64,000 nucleotides of DNA from Candidatus Krumholzibacteriota bacterium (GTDB lineage Bacteria > Krumholzibacteriota > Krumholzibacteriia > Krumholzibacteriales > Krumholzibacteriaceae): contig JAFGCX010000001.1 in NCBI GenBank assembly GCA_016932415.1, positions 17,934 through 81,933 on the forward strand, in the 5' to 3' direction. Made by a program: the position numbers and the translations under genes. Below are positions 17,543 through 27,513 of the stretch, one piece after another. The first letter of the stretch is position 1. Each line of letters opens with the position of its first letter. The notes under the pieces are model-generated. The model made no database searches. It had not been told where the DNA came from and saw only the letters and a program-made list of their open reading frames with translations.

Positions 17543-20347
17543 TTAAAAATTGAAGCCGATGAAGAAATCAAAGTTCGTATCGGCGGCTATCGTCTTGAAA
17601 TCGGTCTTCCTGACAAAATTGACCCGTATCACGGGCAGATATCCGAGATTCATCTCCACTCCAGTACCGATGCTTCCTATCCAGCCGGTATCATAGATGA
17701 ACCCATCGACCTTGCCCGCATCAACAAAGACCGAACCCCTGAATACGGGAAACTCGATATGTCCGAAAGGGAACCTTATCAGAAGATCGTCGACAAGAGG
17801 AAACCTGAATTCGCTGTTAAGCAGGAAGATAGCCTTTCCGGCGTACTGCCTGAAATCATACCCCCTCAGGTCCCAGGCTCCACCGAGATAAAAAAGCTGG
17901 ATATCGCTGCCCCATGCTTTACGCGTCACCAGCCTCTGCGCGAAGACGAACCTGGGGCCGAAATTTATATAATGCCTGAGATCGAACTGAAAGGTCGTGC
18001 TTTCGTATCTCGATCCATTGATGTCGAATGACCTTCCAAGGGATATATTCATCCTGTGTCCGTTGAGCGGCCCTCCCACCGTCCAGACGATATTATCCGA
18101 GGTAAAGGAAAGATGATTCGAGACGAGGGTCGTCTTGCCGACCTGCGTTCCCAGGTAGGTGATATCATCATCTCGTTCCATGTATTTAAAGATAGTCTGA
18201 AAATCGACCCGCCTGAATCTTGATATCGGGTAGCTCAGGCCGGCCATGACTCCATATCGCCTTTCAAACCTTATCAATCCGTGGACCGAACCGATATACC
18301 CGGCAAGATGAAATGCGCCGAAAGCGTAGTTCAGCCGCTCTTTTTCGTTTATGTAGGTGAACCCCAGGTTCGCGTTATCCCAGAAATCAGAAAAATCATC
18401 AGAAGCGCTGCCGAAAAGAAACACCAGATGATGATCGCTCATCACGTCGGTAAGAAAGATCTGGGCTCCGTTTCCCATGTACCCGTAATCAGGATCGACG
18501 GAAAAAGCGGCCGCGATCAGATCAAGTCCGAATCTGAGGTTGTAATCCTTGTTGAGGTACACCGATGTCGAATCACTCGGCCTGGGGTCCCAGGAAATAT
18601 CGATTTTCCCCGGCATATTCCTGGCGCTGACGATATTATCGTATTCGATTATTTTCCTGTAGACGTGATAGGCTCCTTCGCTGTATGCCGAGAGGAGAAA
18701 AGTATCGCCATCGTATTCGGGGACAGGTTCAAAGGCCCCTCCGAGGAGGTTTGTCTGCCTGTAGAGGACTCCATCTTTTTGAAGGTATATGTCAAAGACC
18801 CCGTCTCTGTCCGATGAAAAGAGGATCCCGTTCCCGTCAGGCATGTACCTGGGATCGATATCCCTCTGGTGCCCGGCCGTCAGTCTTGTGATCCGCCTGG
18901 TCGCTAGGTCGATTGAGAAAATCGCCTTCTCGTCTCCAGGTTCCCCGCCTGTCCTGTCGGAACTGAATATGATCGTTTTTCCGTCAGGATGCCAGTCGGG
19001 GCTCAGGTCTTCATAATAGTCGTCGGTGATCCTCTCAAGCGTCCCGTCATCGAGATCCTTTATATACAGATCTGTCTTTCCTTTGTTATCCAGAGCGGAA
19101 AATACGACTGATTTTCCATCGCGCGAGATGACGGGAGAATTTATCATCCTGACCTCATCACACCTGACCGATGATATTATCTTTTCTTCATCCGCGCGGT
19201 AGAGGTATATCACATCCCTCTTTCCGGATTTTGAAACGAATACAAGAGTATCATTCCTTGACGATATGCGGCTTCTCAGGAGTGGTATCGATTCAAACCT
19301 GTCACTCCTTCCTCCTTCTATGATTGTCCTTTTTTTCTGCCTCCCCCTCTTGTCTTTTTCAAGTTCGAATATATCGATACTTCCCAGCCCGAATCCGGTG
19401 CAGAACGTTCTATCCTTCGAATCAGAACCCCTTATTGAAGCGGGATGATTTTCAAAAGACCTTTCTTCCGGCGAAAGCCTTTCGAGTATTTCAAAAGCCT
19501 GTCTTCGTGTCATCACGGACGGATAATATCTTTTCTTGAGGTATTCCCGGTAATCCCTGTCGAGGCGGTTCTGGCCGATGCCTATCGTGCTGAGCAGGAT
19601 CAGGTCGAATTTGTCCGATTTCCACCAGTTCTCATGGATCATCCTTATTGCATCATCACCGAACCTCGTCGCGATATAGTGAAGTACCGATTCTCCATGT
19701 TTGTACATCATATAAGTTCCCATTATCCGCCACAGGTCGTCGAGGTAGTATAACCTGTCTGTAATGACCGCGTCGCGCATGAACATCTCGGCTTCGCTGT
19801 CCATCCCGCGAAGGGCGAGGAATTCCGCGAGACCTTCAGTAAACCAGAGAGGCGGATGCATGTATGTGTATCTTCGTTGCCTGTGCATCACGACACGAAG
19901 TTTTTCAAGCATGAATACGTGTACCATTTCGTGCCTGAATACTCTCTTGAGCTTCCCATAAGATCCCATGAAAGGGATCGCGACCCGTCCCTTGATGAAT
20001 TCAGTGAACCCTCCCGTTCCTTCAGATATGGTGTAAGGTATTATATTCGTCTCCTTGAAATCGTGATGCGTTCCATAAAGAATTATGGGGACGCGCCTCT
20101 CGATTTCCAGGTCGAAGAAAGCAGAATATTCCTCATAGACTTCTTCGGCCATACCGGCGATGAACTCGGCGATAGCCAGCTCGTCGGGATAGTAATAGAT
20201 ATCCATGTGCTCGGTCTCAATAACCCGCCATCCTTTTGGGTAGTATTGTACTTTGTTTTTTCCGAATGGATACTGGGCATTTGACGGGGCGGGATTCAGA
20301 ATGGCGAGAACAGTGATGAAATACAGAATTACTCGGACTCTCCGCAT
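17543..20347 (-). CDS. Omp85/BamA-TamA family outer-membrane protein with N-terminal zinc metallopeptidase (HExxH) and PD40/TolB-like propeller
   Basis: Signal peptide, HEMVH...PLWFTEGLAE, repeats PVISRDG / PDWHPDG / PRYMPDG..FSSDR, barrel motifs LRGY and FVDAG, terminal Phe. ATG 20347 has SD AGGAGG. Confidence 0.78.
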   Translation of the reverse strand: MRRVRVILYFITVLAILNPAPSNAQYPFGKNKVQYYPKGWRVIETEHMDIYYYPDELAIAEFIAGMAEEVYEEYSAFFDLEIERRVPIILYGTHHDFKETNIIPYTISEGTGGFTEFIKGRVAIPFMGSYGKLKRVFRHEMVHVFMLEKLRVVMHRQRRYTYMHPPLWFTEGLAEFLALRGMDSEAEMFMRDAVITDRLYYLDDLWRIMGTYMMYKHGESVLHYIATRFGDDAIRMIHENWWKSDKFDLILLSTIGIGQNRLDRDYREYLKKRYYPSVMTRRQAFEILERLSPEERSFENHPASIRGSDSKDRTFCTGFGLGSIDIFELEKDKRGRQKKRTIIEGGRSDRFESIPLLRSRISSRNDTLVFVSKSGKRDVIYLYRADEEKIISSVRCDEVRMINSPVISRDGKSVVFSALDNKGKTDLYIKDLDDGTLERITDDYYEDLSPDWHPDGKTIIFSSDRTGGEPGDEKAIFSIDLATRRITRLTAGHQRDIDPRYMPDGNGILFSSDRDGVFDIYLQKDGVLYRQTNLLGGAFEPVPEYDGDTFLLSAYSEGAYHVYRKIIEYDNIVSARNMPGKIDISWDPRPSDSTSVYLNKDYNLRFGLDLIAAAFSVDPDYGYMGNGAQIFLTDVMSDHHLVFLFGSASDDFSDFWDNANLGFTYINEKERLNYAFGAFHLAGYIGSVHGLIRFERRYGVMAGLSYPISRFRRVDFQTIFKYMERDDDITYLGTQVGKTTLVSNHLSFTSDNIVWTVGGPLNGHRMNISLGRSFDINGSRYESTTFQFDLRHYINFGPRFVFAQRLVTRKAWGSDIQLFYLGGAWDLRGYDFRQYAGKAIFLLNSEFRFPLVDDLLIRFPFGHIEFPVFRGSVFVDAGKVDGFIYDTGWIGSIGTGVEMNLGYLPVIRVNFVRKTDFKTIAADTNFDFFIGFNF

Positions 20348-20404
20348 ATATCCTCCTGGCAGGTCACAATCAAATCTGTGAGAATCCGCAGAAGATATCA
20401 AGAC

Positions 20405-21232
20405 TTATCGTTCGTATCCCGTTACCGGTATCGTTCCGGTGAAAGATACGACTGCCGGGCCGGACAGGTGACAATCGGTCGCACCCGTATCGTCAAGAGT
20501 GAATTCAACCTGCAGGATATCCCCGCCCGAAGTCTCGCAGCTTACCGGAGATGACGTCAGGCCCATTTTTGATGTGATCACCGAGATAGCGACGGCTCCC
20601 GTACCGCAAGCCAGGGTCTCATCTTCCACTCCTCTTTCATATGTCCTGTACGAGAGCGAATGCCTGCCGCGCACCGTTACGAGGTTGAAGTTCGTTCCTT
20701 CCGGAGCGAAAGCCCGATCGTTGCGTATCAACCTCGCGAGAGCGAGGAACCGCTCACCGCCTATCTTCCGGACGTCTTCGTCAAGAAGCATCGCGTGAGG
20801 GACCCCGCAAATGGCGAACCACGGTTTTAGATCCGATCCTTCAAGCTTCAATGAGCCTGAAACCCGATCGACTCTTCCGATCAGTATCTTTACGCCATCA
20901 TCGAGTATCTCCGCCCTGATATCACCTGAACCGGTCGCGAACGACATCCTTTTTCCCGCGATTTTCCTGTTGTAGGCGAATAAAGCGGCGCATCTTGCCC
21001 CGTTACCGCACATCTGAGCTTCTCCGCCGTCGCGGTTGAAATACCGCATGCGAAAATCACGGTGGTCGTCAGGCTGTATCAGGATCAGGCCGTCAGCTCC
21101 TATGCCGGTATGAAGTCTGCAGAGAGATTCGATGAGCCTGGGTGAGATATCAGGACGGCGTTCAGGATCGTCGATCATGATAAAATCGTTACCTGCTCCA
21201 TGCATCTTTTCGAAATATATATTATCGCTCAT
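20405..21232 (-). CDS. dapF: Diaminopimelate epimerase
   Basis: KMHGAGNDF, MCGNGARC, RTYERGVEDETLACGTGA. Confidence 0.95.
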   Translation of the reverse strand: MSDNIYFEKMHGAGNDFIMIDDPERRPDISPRLIESLCRLHTGIGADGLILIQPDDHRDFRMRYFNRDGGEAQMCGNGARCAALFAYNRKIAGKRMSFATGSGDIRAEILDDGVKILIGRVDRVSGSLKLEGSDLKPWFAICGVPHAMLLDEDVRKIGGERFLALARLIRNDRAFAPEGTNFNLVTVRGRHSLSYRTYERGVEDETLACGTGAVAISVITSKMGLTSSPVSCETSGGDILQVEFTLDDTGATDCHLSGPAVVSFTGTIPVTGYER

Positions 21233-22292
21233 CCTTCTCCCACGTTGTCAGTTCAACGGTAGCGAGGACCCTGGCTTCACCCGGGTCTATCTTAAGCGTA
21301 TCGGCACTGATGACAAACGGCTCAGCGAGGACTTTTGTTGAATCCTCAGGATCAGTATATTCACCGGGGATGGAATCGGGTTTCAAATCTATGAAAGATA
21401 TCCACTGATATATACCGGGAACTGCCTTTCTTACGAAATAACTGCCCGTCGTATCCGCCTGCGCGTAGTAAAAGATATCTTCCTTTTCCAGGTTGTTGAA
21501 TCTTACCGCTCCCTGACCCGGAAACGCCGTCATGTTCCGGATCACTCCCTTTATTGTGCCCGGTTCGTCAGGATCGATTATATTCATATCGACACTCCCG
21601 ATCGACCGATCGAGGGAAGAGAGAAGAATAGTATCAGGGTATGCTGTCGCGAATTCTTTTCCAGCCGAATACCTGCCATCAGAATCCTTGTCGATAAAAG
21701 ACCATACAAGGTATCTGTTTCCTCCGGCCGGCAGCGCTCGGAACCGGTAATCACCGAATTTGTCAGCAAAAGCGGTCCTTGATTCCTTTTCCCTGTAAAG
21801 ATCCGATATCGTGTCCTCGCTGATTCTCACGAGGCGCGCCACGCCACTGGAATCAGGTCTCTGCTTGAAAAGTATCTTTCCGGATATCTCTCCCGATTCA
21901 AGAGAATCTGAAGTGGAAAAAAAGAAGATGTGATTCTTCCTGCTGACGACAAGGTGATCATCCTTGAACCCTGATTTGATAAGCACGCAGATCGTCGTTT
22001 CCGGAAGTTCCTCGCGGAAATTGATGACCAGGTCGGTCCCCCTTGTGTATATCTTCTCAAAATCAAGGGCCGGATATGTCTCGATCCGGCTCTTGAAACT
22101 CTCGCCATCGACTTTTTCGGAGAAGGAAATAACGACATCGGATTCCCTTCCCACTCCGGTCGAATCTGCAGTAGGGGATGTCGAGATGACAGATGGAGGA
22201 GTCTTGTCCTCAGGCCCCCCCGTCGGCGGTTTCACGACCGCGCAGGCGGTCATCAACAAGAATACGGCCGAAAATATAAATCGTGTCCTCAA
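21222..22292 (-). CDS. Lipoprotein with bacterial Ig-like (Big_5) domain
   Basis: Lipobox MTAC, CA...PTGGP.D.TPP motif, ISFSEKVD, EF-hand-like DKDSDGRY. Confidence 0.7.
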   Translation of the reverse strand: MRTRFIFSAVFLLMTACAVVKPPTGGPEDKTPPSVISTSPTADSTGVGRESDVVISFSEKVDGESFKSRIETYPALDFEKIYTRGTDLVINFREELPETTICVLIKSGFKDDHLVVSRKNHIFFFSTSDSLESGEISGKILFKQRPDSSGVARLVRISEDTISDLYREKESRTAFADKFGDYRFRALPAGGNRYLVWSFIDKDSDGRYSAGKEFATAYPDTILLSSLDRSIGSVDMNIIDPDEPGTIKGVIRNMTAFPGQGAVRFNNLEKEDIFYYAQADTTGSYFVRKAVPGIYQWISFIDLKPDSIPGEYTDPEDSTKVLAEPFVISADTLKIDPGEARVLATVELTTWEKDER

Positions 22293-22295
22293 ACT

Positions 22296-23237
22296 CTATA
22301 ACTCCCTGTCCGTCGGCATAAGCAGGGCTATGATCGCCCTCTGGATATGAAGCCTGTTTTCTGCCTCATCGTAGACGACCGAATTCGCGCTGTCGATAAC
22401 GGAATCTGTCACTTCTTCGCCTCTGTGAGCTGGCAGGCAATGCATGAAGAGGGCATCGCTTTTAGCCATACCCATCAGGCGGTCATTCACCTGGTATTCT
22501 TTGAATTTTTCAAGCCTCTGAGCTTTCTCCGCCTCCTGCCCCATACTGGTCCACACGTCTGCGTAGACGACATCGGCGTCTTTGACTGCTTCTGCCGGAT
22601 CTTCTATCCATTCATAATCGGGATTGCCGTCGTTGGCCACCTCTTTGACGAATGAATCGTCGATCTGATATCCGGCGGGAGATGTCAGGACGAATTTGAA
22701 TGGAAATCTCGCCGCGGCGTTCAACCAGCTTCTAGATACGTTGTTTCCATCTCCAATGAATACTATCTTCTGCCCCTCGATCGAACCGCGATGCTCGATC
22801 ACCGTCATTATGTCACCCATTATCTGACAAGGGTGCAGCAGGTCTGTCAATCCGTTGATCACCGGAACAGTCGAGTTCGCGGCAAGTTCTTCGACCATCT
22901 TCTGATCGAACGTCCTGATCATGATACCGTCGATGAATCTTGAGAGCACTTCGCCGACATCTTTGGGAGCTTCCCTCGTTCCGATTCCTATCTCCTTGTC
23001 CGTAATATAAAGGCTGGTACCTCCCAGCTGGGTTATCGCCACTTCGAAACTGATCCTCGTCCTGAGACTCGGTTTATGGAAGATACACCCGAGGACCCTT
23101 CCCGGATGAGTAGGAGGAAGGGTGAAATTCCTGGCCAGCGGCTTCTGCTTTTTGCACAAGGCAAATATCTTTTCAAGCTCTTCCGTTGAGAAATCCCTGA
23201 TTGATAGAAAATCCTTTTTGCTTAATTTCGACATCAT
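22296..23237 (-). CDS. argF: Ornithine carbamoyltransferase
   Basis: SLRTR, HPCQ, GDGNNV, DVWTSMG, HCLPAHRG, AENRLH. Confidence 0.92.
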   Translation of the reverse strand: MMSKLSKKDFLSIRDFSTEELEKIFALCKKQKPLARNFTLPPTHPGRVLGCIFHKPSLRTRISFEVAITQLGGTSLYITDKEIGIGTREAPKDVGEVLSRFIDGIMIRTFDQKMVEELAANSTVPVINGLTDLLHPCQIMGDIMTVIEHRGSIEGQKIVFIGDGNNVSRSWLNAAARFPFKFVLTSPAGYQIDDSFVKEVANDGNPDYEWIEDPAEAVKDADVVYADVWTSMGQEAEKAQRLEKFKEYQVNDRLMGMAKSDALFMHCLPAHRGEEVTDSVIDSANSVVYDEAENRLHIQRAIIALLMPTDREL

Positions 23238-23242
23238 CCCTC

Positions 23243-24583
23243 CTAAAGAATGTAGTTAGCAAGATCGTCATCTTCAGCGATCTTTTCGAGTTTATCCCTC
23301 ACTGTCTTTTCGTTTATAGTGACCTTACTCTTCCCTTCATCCGGCAGGTCGTAGAGAAGATCCTCGAGAAGGCTGCTCAGGATCGTGTGCAGTCTCCTCG
23401 CCCCGATATTCTGCATCTTCTGATTGACCCTGAAAGCAAGGGAAGCTATCTCTTTTATAGCTCCGCGTGTGAATCTGATCGAACAACCCTCCGTCTCGAT
23501 CAAAGCGGTATACTGCTTGATCAGGGCGTTCTCAGGCTCAAGAAGTATCCTTTCGAAATCGGCCGCGCTGAGAGCCTTGAGTTCCACCCTTATCGGAAAT
23601 CTACCCTGCAGTTCCGGCACGAGGTCGGAAGGTTTCGACATGTGAAAAGCACCCGCCGCCATGAAGAGGATATGATCTGTTTTCACCGTTCCATGCTTGG
23701 TGTTTACACTGGACCCCTCGATTATTGGAAGAATATCCCTCTGCACTCCCTCCCTGGAGACATCCGGACCATGACTGCTTCCCGTCCTGGCGATCTTGTC
23801 TATCTCGTCTATAAATACGATCCCTGACTCTTCAACCGCCCTGACAGCCCTTGAAACGATCGTATCGATATCGACAAGATTCTCCTTTTCTTCCTGAACA
23901 AGAATCTTTCTCGCCTCCAGCACCGATACCCGCCGACCCTTTTTTTTCTTTGGGATTATCCTGTCCATACCTTCGGGGAATTTTACTCCCATCTCTTCGA
24001 ATCCGGCTCCGGTAAATATCTCGATCATCGGGTTTGACCTGTCAACGATCTCAATTGTGACCTCTCGCGCGTCTAGGTCTCCCTGCCGGAGTTTTACTTT
24101 CAACTTTTCTTTGGTGCGGGCCCTTCTTTCGTCGGCTTCAGGGTCGTCTTTCAGCACGGAGACGGATCTTGCCGGCAGGAGCAGTTCCAGGATCTTTTCT
24201 TCTGCTATTTCCAGAGCTCTTTCCTCGACCTCGACAAAAAGGCTTTCCTTCTCCATGTTAATGCTTATCTCTACCAGGTCCCTGATCATCGATTCGACGT
24301 CTCTGCCGACATATCCGACTTCGGTGAATTTCGTCGCCTCGACCTTTATGAAGGGAGCCTGGGCAAGTTTAGCCAGCCTTCTTGCGATCTCGGTCTTTCC
24401 GACTCCCGTCGGCCCTATCATTATGATATTGTTCGGAAGTATCTCCTCCTTGAGGCCCTCCCCGACTCTCTTCCTTCTCCAACGGTTCCGTAGCGCGATA
24501 GCTACGGACTTTTTAGCTTCATCCTGCCCGATAATATATTTATCCAGCTCCTGTACGATCTCGCGTGGAGTGAATTCCTTCAT
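23243..24583 (-). CDS. hslU: ATP-dependent protease ATPase subunit HslU
   Basis: GPTGVGKTEIARRLA, KFTEVGYVG, FIDEIDK, PELQGRFPIRV, NIGARRLHT. Confidence 0.97.
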   Translation of the reverse strand: MKEFTPREIVQELDKYIIGQDEAKKSVAIALRNRWRRKRVGEGLKEEILPNNIIMIGPTGVGKTEIARRLAKLAQAPFIKVEATKFTEVGYVGRDVESMIRDLVEISINMEKESLFVEVEERALEIAEEKILELLLPARSVSVLKDDPEADERRARTKEKLKVKLRQGDLDAREVTIEIVDRSNPMIEIFTGAGFEEMGVKFPEGMDRIIPKKKKGRRVSVLEARKILVQEEKENLVDIDTIVSRAVRAVEESGIVFIDEIDKIARTGSSHGPDVSREGVQRDILPIIEGSSVNTKHGTVKTDHILFMAAGAFHMSKPSDLVPELQGRFPIRVELKALSAADFERILLEPENALIKQYTALIETEGCSIRFTRGAIKEIASLAFRVNQKMQNIGARRLHTILSSLLEDLLYDLPDEGKSKVTINEKTVRDKLEKIAEDDDLANYIL

Positions 24584-24593
24584 CTCGACTACC

Positions 24594-25133
24594 TCATATC
24601 GTTTCGATGGTGATGTTGTCGTTGGTGTATATACAGATCTCCGAAGCGATTCTAAGTGCCTCGGCCACGATCTCCGCGGCCGGCAGTTTCGAGTGTTTTC
24701 TCAATGCCCTTGCCGCCGCCAGGGCGAAGGGACCTCCCGAGCCTATCGCGAGGATACCGTCATCCGGCTCGACGACATCCCCCCTTCCCGAGATTATAAG
24801 TGAATGTTTTGAATCTATCACTGCGAGGAGAGCTTCGAGATTTCGAAGCACCTTGTCGCTTCTCCATTCCTTTGCCGTCTCGACGGCGGCTTTCATAAGA
24901 TTATTATTGTACTGTTCGAGTTTTCCCTCAAACTTGGAAAAAAGGGTCATCGCGTCGGCGGTGCTTCCGGCAAATCCGGCAAGGACCTGGCCATTGCCAA
25001 GGCTTCTGATCTTCTTAGCTCCGTGCTTGACTACCGTGGCTCCGAAAGTGACCTGTCCGTCTCCTCCGATGGCGACGTTTTTTCCTTCTCTCATGCCAAG
25101 AATCGTCGTTCCTTTAAACATTTCACCCTCCAC
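24594..25133 (-). CDS. hslV: ATP-dependent protease subunit HslV
   Basis: TTIL (catalytic Thr), [27 protein letters not shown]. Confidence 0.97.
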   Translation of the reverse strand: MEGEMFKGTTILGMREGKNVAIGGDGQVTFGATVVKHGAKKIRSLGNGQVLAGFAGSTADAMTLFSKFEGKLEQYNNNLMKAAVETAKEWRSDKVLRNLEALLAVIDSKHSLIISGRGDVVEPDDGILAIGSGGPFALAAARALRKHSKLPAAEIVAEALRIASEICIYTNDNITIETI

Positions 25134-25235
25134 ACTGGGACTTCCGAATTAATATATTCAAATAGCCCGTACAATCAACCGATTATTTCCCAAAGCCTTG
25201 ACGCGATCCTGACAACTGGCGGTCTTACCATGATC

Positions 25236-26171
25236 TCAGGCTCTCGGATGCGCCTTGTCATATATCTCCCGAAGCCTTTCAGTGGTGACATGCGTGTAGA
25301 TCTGCGTCGTAGAGAGATTCGCGTGCCCGAGAAGGTCCTGGACCGCTCTGAGGTCAGCCCCCGCGTCTAGAAGATGCGTAGCGAACGTATGCCGCAGCAC
25401 ATGCGGGCTCATCTTTGACATCGTTCCGACCTGCTGCAGATATTTCTTCACGATCCTCTGTATCGTTCTCCTGCTGATCCTCTTTCCGCCGGGGCCGGAG
25501 ATAAGAGGCCGGTTGTTCTCTCCTCCAAGAAACTCTATACTCCGGGACCTGTCGTTGAAGACCGACCGCGGGACCCCGTATTCATTCTCAATATACCTTT
25601 TAAGGGATATCGCCGCTTCTCCTGATAGCGGAAGAAGCCTTTCCTTGTTTCGCTTGCCGAGGACCCTTATCACGCAACTGCTGAAATCGCAGTCTCCGGT
25701 ATCACACCCTGTCAATTCGGCGAGCCTCATCCCTGTTCCATAGAGAAGTTCCAGGACCGCCCTGTCGCGAATTCCCTTTTTGCTTGTAAGATCAGGTATA
25801 TCCATCATCTTCTGCATTATCTCCCTCGCGGCGAATACCGGAAGATCCCTCCCTCTCTTCGGATTGGACATACCCGAGACGGGATTTTTCTCAAGGACTC
25901 CTTCTTTTACGCAGAAAGAGAAGAAAGATTTAAGTGAAGCTATCTTTCTTGAGACGCTTCTCGCCGAATATCCGTTTCTTGACAATGATCCAAGAAAAGA
26001 TCTGACACAGAAGGAGTCTATCTCTTTGAATCGCGGCCTCGACCCCGTCTGGTCCCTGACATGATCGAGGAACTGCAGAAGGTCCCCTTCATAAGCTCTC
26101 AGAGTAGCTTCAGAGACCCTTCGTTCGATCCCCAGATAAATGATGTATTTCTTTAAAAGATCGATCATCAT
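25236..26171 (-). CDS. xerC: Tyrosine recombinase XerC
   Basis: RDRAVLELLYGTGMR, GKRNKER, SPHVLRHTFATHLL, LGHANLSTTQIYT, AHPRA; classic topA-trmFO-xerC-hslVU synteny. Confidence 0.9.
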   Translation of the reverse strand: MMIDLLKKYIIYLGIERRVSEATLRAYEGDLLQFLDHVRDQTGSRPRFKEIDSFCVRSFLGSLSRNGYSARSVSRKIASLKSFFSFCVKEGVLEKNPVSGMSNPKRGRDLPVFAAREIMQKMMDIPDLTSKKGIRDRAVLELLYGTGMRLAELTGCDTGDCDFSSCVIRVLGKRNKERLLPLSGEAAISLKRYIENEYGVPRSVFNDRSRSIEFLGGENNRPLISGPGGKRISRRTIQRIVKKYLQQVGTMSKMSPHVLRHTFATHLLDAGADLRAVQDLLGHANLSTTQIYTHVTTERLREIYDKAHPRA

Positions 26172-26177
26172 CCGGTG

Positions 26178-26207
26178 AATATATCACAGTGATAATCATG
26201 CTTACAA
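26178..26207 (-). promoter_or_regulatory. Putative xerC promoter overlapped by a 13-bp palindrome
   Basis: TTGTAA-N18-TATATT with an extended TG; inverted repeat TATCAC-A-GTGATA at 26182-26194. Confidence 0.4.
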
Positions 26208-26220
26208 GATATTACGGGAA

Positions 26221-27513
26221 TCACACTTTACCCAGAAATCCGGCGATCGCCGAGAGAGATCTTTCGTATTTTAGTGATTTCCTGTCTGTTCTCTTTCCCT
26301 GGACCGGAGGAAGGATCCCGAAGTTGGCGTTCATCGGCTGGAAAGGAGCCGGCGCGTTCGCCAGGTGACGCTGAAGAGCTCCGAGGATCGTCTCTTGTGG
26401 AAAGATCTCCTCTTTTTTACCCCTGCTCCTGTTGAAAAGATTCCTCGCCGTAAGCAATCCGTGAGCTATGGATTCGACATACCCTTCGACGCCGGTCATC
26501 TGGCCCGAAAAATAGATCCCGTCGTGCTGTCTTGACATCTGAACGCTATCGAGCAGCCTGGGCGAATCGATATATGTATTCCGGTGGATCGATCCCCAGC
26601 GCAGTATTTCCGCATTTTCCAGACCTGGTATTATTTTCATGAGTTCTTTCTGGCCCTGTCTCGTCATTCTTGTCTGAAAACCGACAAGCCCGGCCATTGT
26701 ACCGCTATGAGTCTCCTGTCTCAGTTGCAGGACGGCGTATGGTTCCTTTCCGGTGCGGGGATCTGTCAGGCCCTTTGGCTTGAGAGGCCCGTACCTTAGG
26801 GTCTCCTTTCCCCTTTCAGCCAGTACCTCTATCGGAAGACACGCGTCGAAATATTTCTTTTCCTCAAATTCATGTACTGGCGCGAGAGAAGCGCCGGAGA
26901 GAAACCTGATCAATTCATCGTATTGTTCCTTTTCGAAGGGGACATTCCAGTAATCAGCCGTTCCCTTGTCATACCTTGAAGCTTTGAAGACGCGCGAGTG
27001 ATCGATGCTCTCCACATTGACCGATATCGATATGGCGTCGTAGAAGAACAGCGTTTCACTGGAATATCTTTCAATAATGGAATCGGAAAGGTCTTTTGAT
27101 GTCAACGGTCCGGTGGCGATTATCGCTGGCCCCTCGATATCAAGATTCTTTTGTTCTTTACGGATGATATCGATATTTTCGTGATTTTCGATAGCGGAAG
27201 TGACGCTGGAACCGAACGCATCCCTGTCGACAGCCAGAGCGTGCCCGGCAGGGATCATATTCTTTCTTGCCAGATCAAGAAGCCTGCAGCCGAGGATATC
27301 CAGTTCTTTTTTCAAAAGTCCGGAAGCAGTCTGAGGCGATTCGGATTTAAGGGAATTGGAGCATACCAGCTCGGCCAGAAAGGCCGTTTTGTGAGCGGGA
27401 GTATTTGACACAGGCCGCATTTCCAGAAGACGGACTCTCATTCCCCTGTCGGCCAGCTGGAGGGCGGCTTCAGAACCAGCAAGACCCCCGCCGACGACAG
27501 TCGCGTCGTACAT
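26221..27513 (-). CDS. trmFO: FAD/folate-dependent tRNA (uracil-5)-methyltransferase TrmFO
   Basis: GGGLAGSEAA, AELVCSNS, FFYDA, ACLPIE, VGFQT, HRNTY, GQMTGVEGYVES. ATG 27513 overlaps the topA stop. Confidence 0.93.
   Translation of the reverse strand: MYDATVVGGGLAGSEAALQLADRGMRVRLLEMRPVSNTPAHKTAFLAELVCSNSLKSESPQTASGLLKKELDILGCRLLDLARKNMIPAGHALAVDRDAFGSSVTSAIENHENIDIIRKEQKNLDIEGPAIIATGPLTSKDLSDSIIERYSSETLFFYDAISISVNVESIDHSRVFKASRYDKGTADYWNVPFEKEQYDELIRFLSGASLAPVHEFEEKKYFDACLPIEVLAERGKETLRYGPLKPKGLTDPRTGKEPYAVLQLRQETHSGTMAGLVGFQTRMTRQGQKELMKIIPGLENAEILRWGSIHRNTYIDSPRLLDSVQMSRQHDGIYFSGQMTGVEGYVESIAHGLLTARNLFNRSRGKKEEIFPQETILGALQRHLANAPAPFQPMNANFGILPPVQGKRTDRKSLKYERSLSAIAGFLGKV

Noticed and set aside
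10818..26171. Two tyrosine recombinases as possible phage or island integrases
   Set aside because: Both have XerD/XerC signatures and housekeeping synteny; no att repeats, tRNA target or cargo genes.
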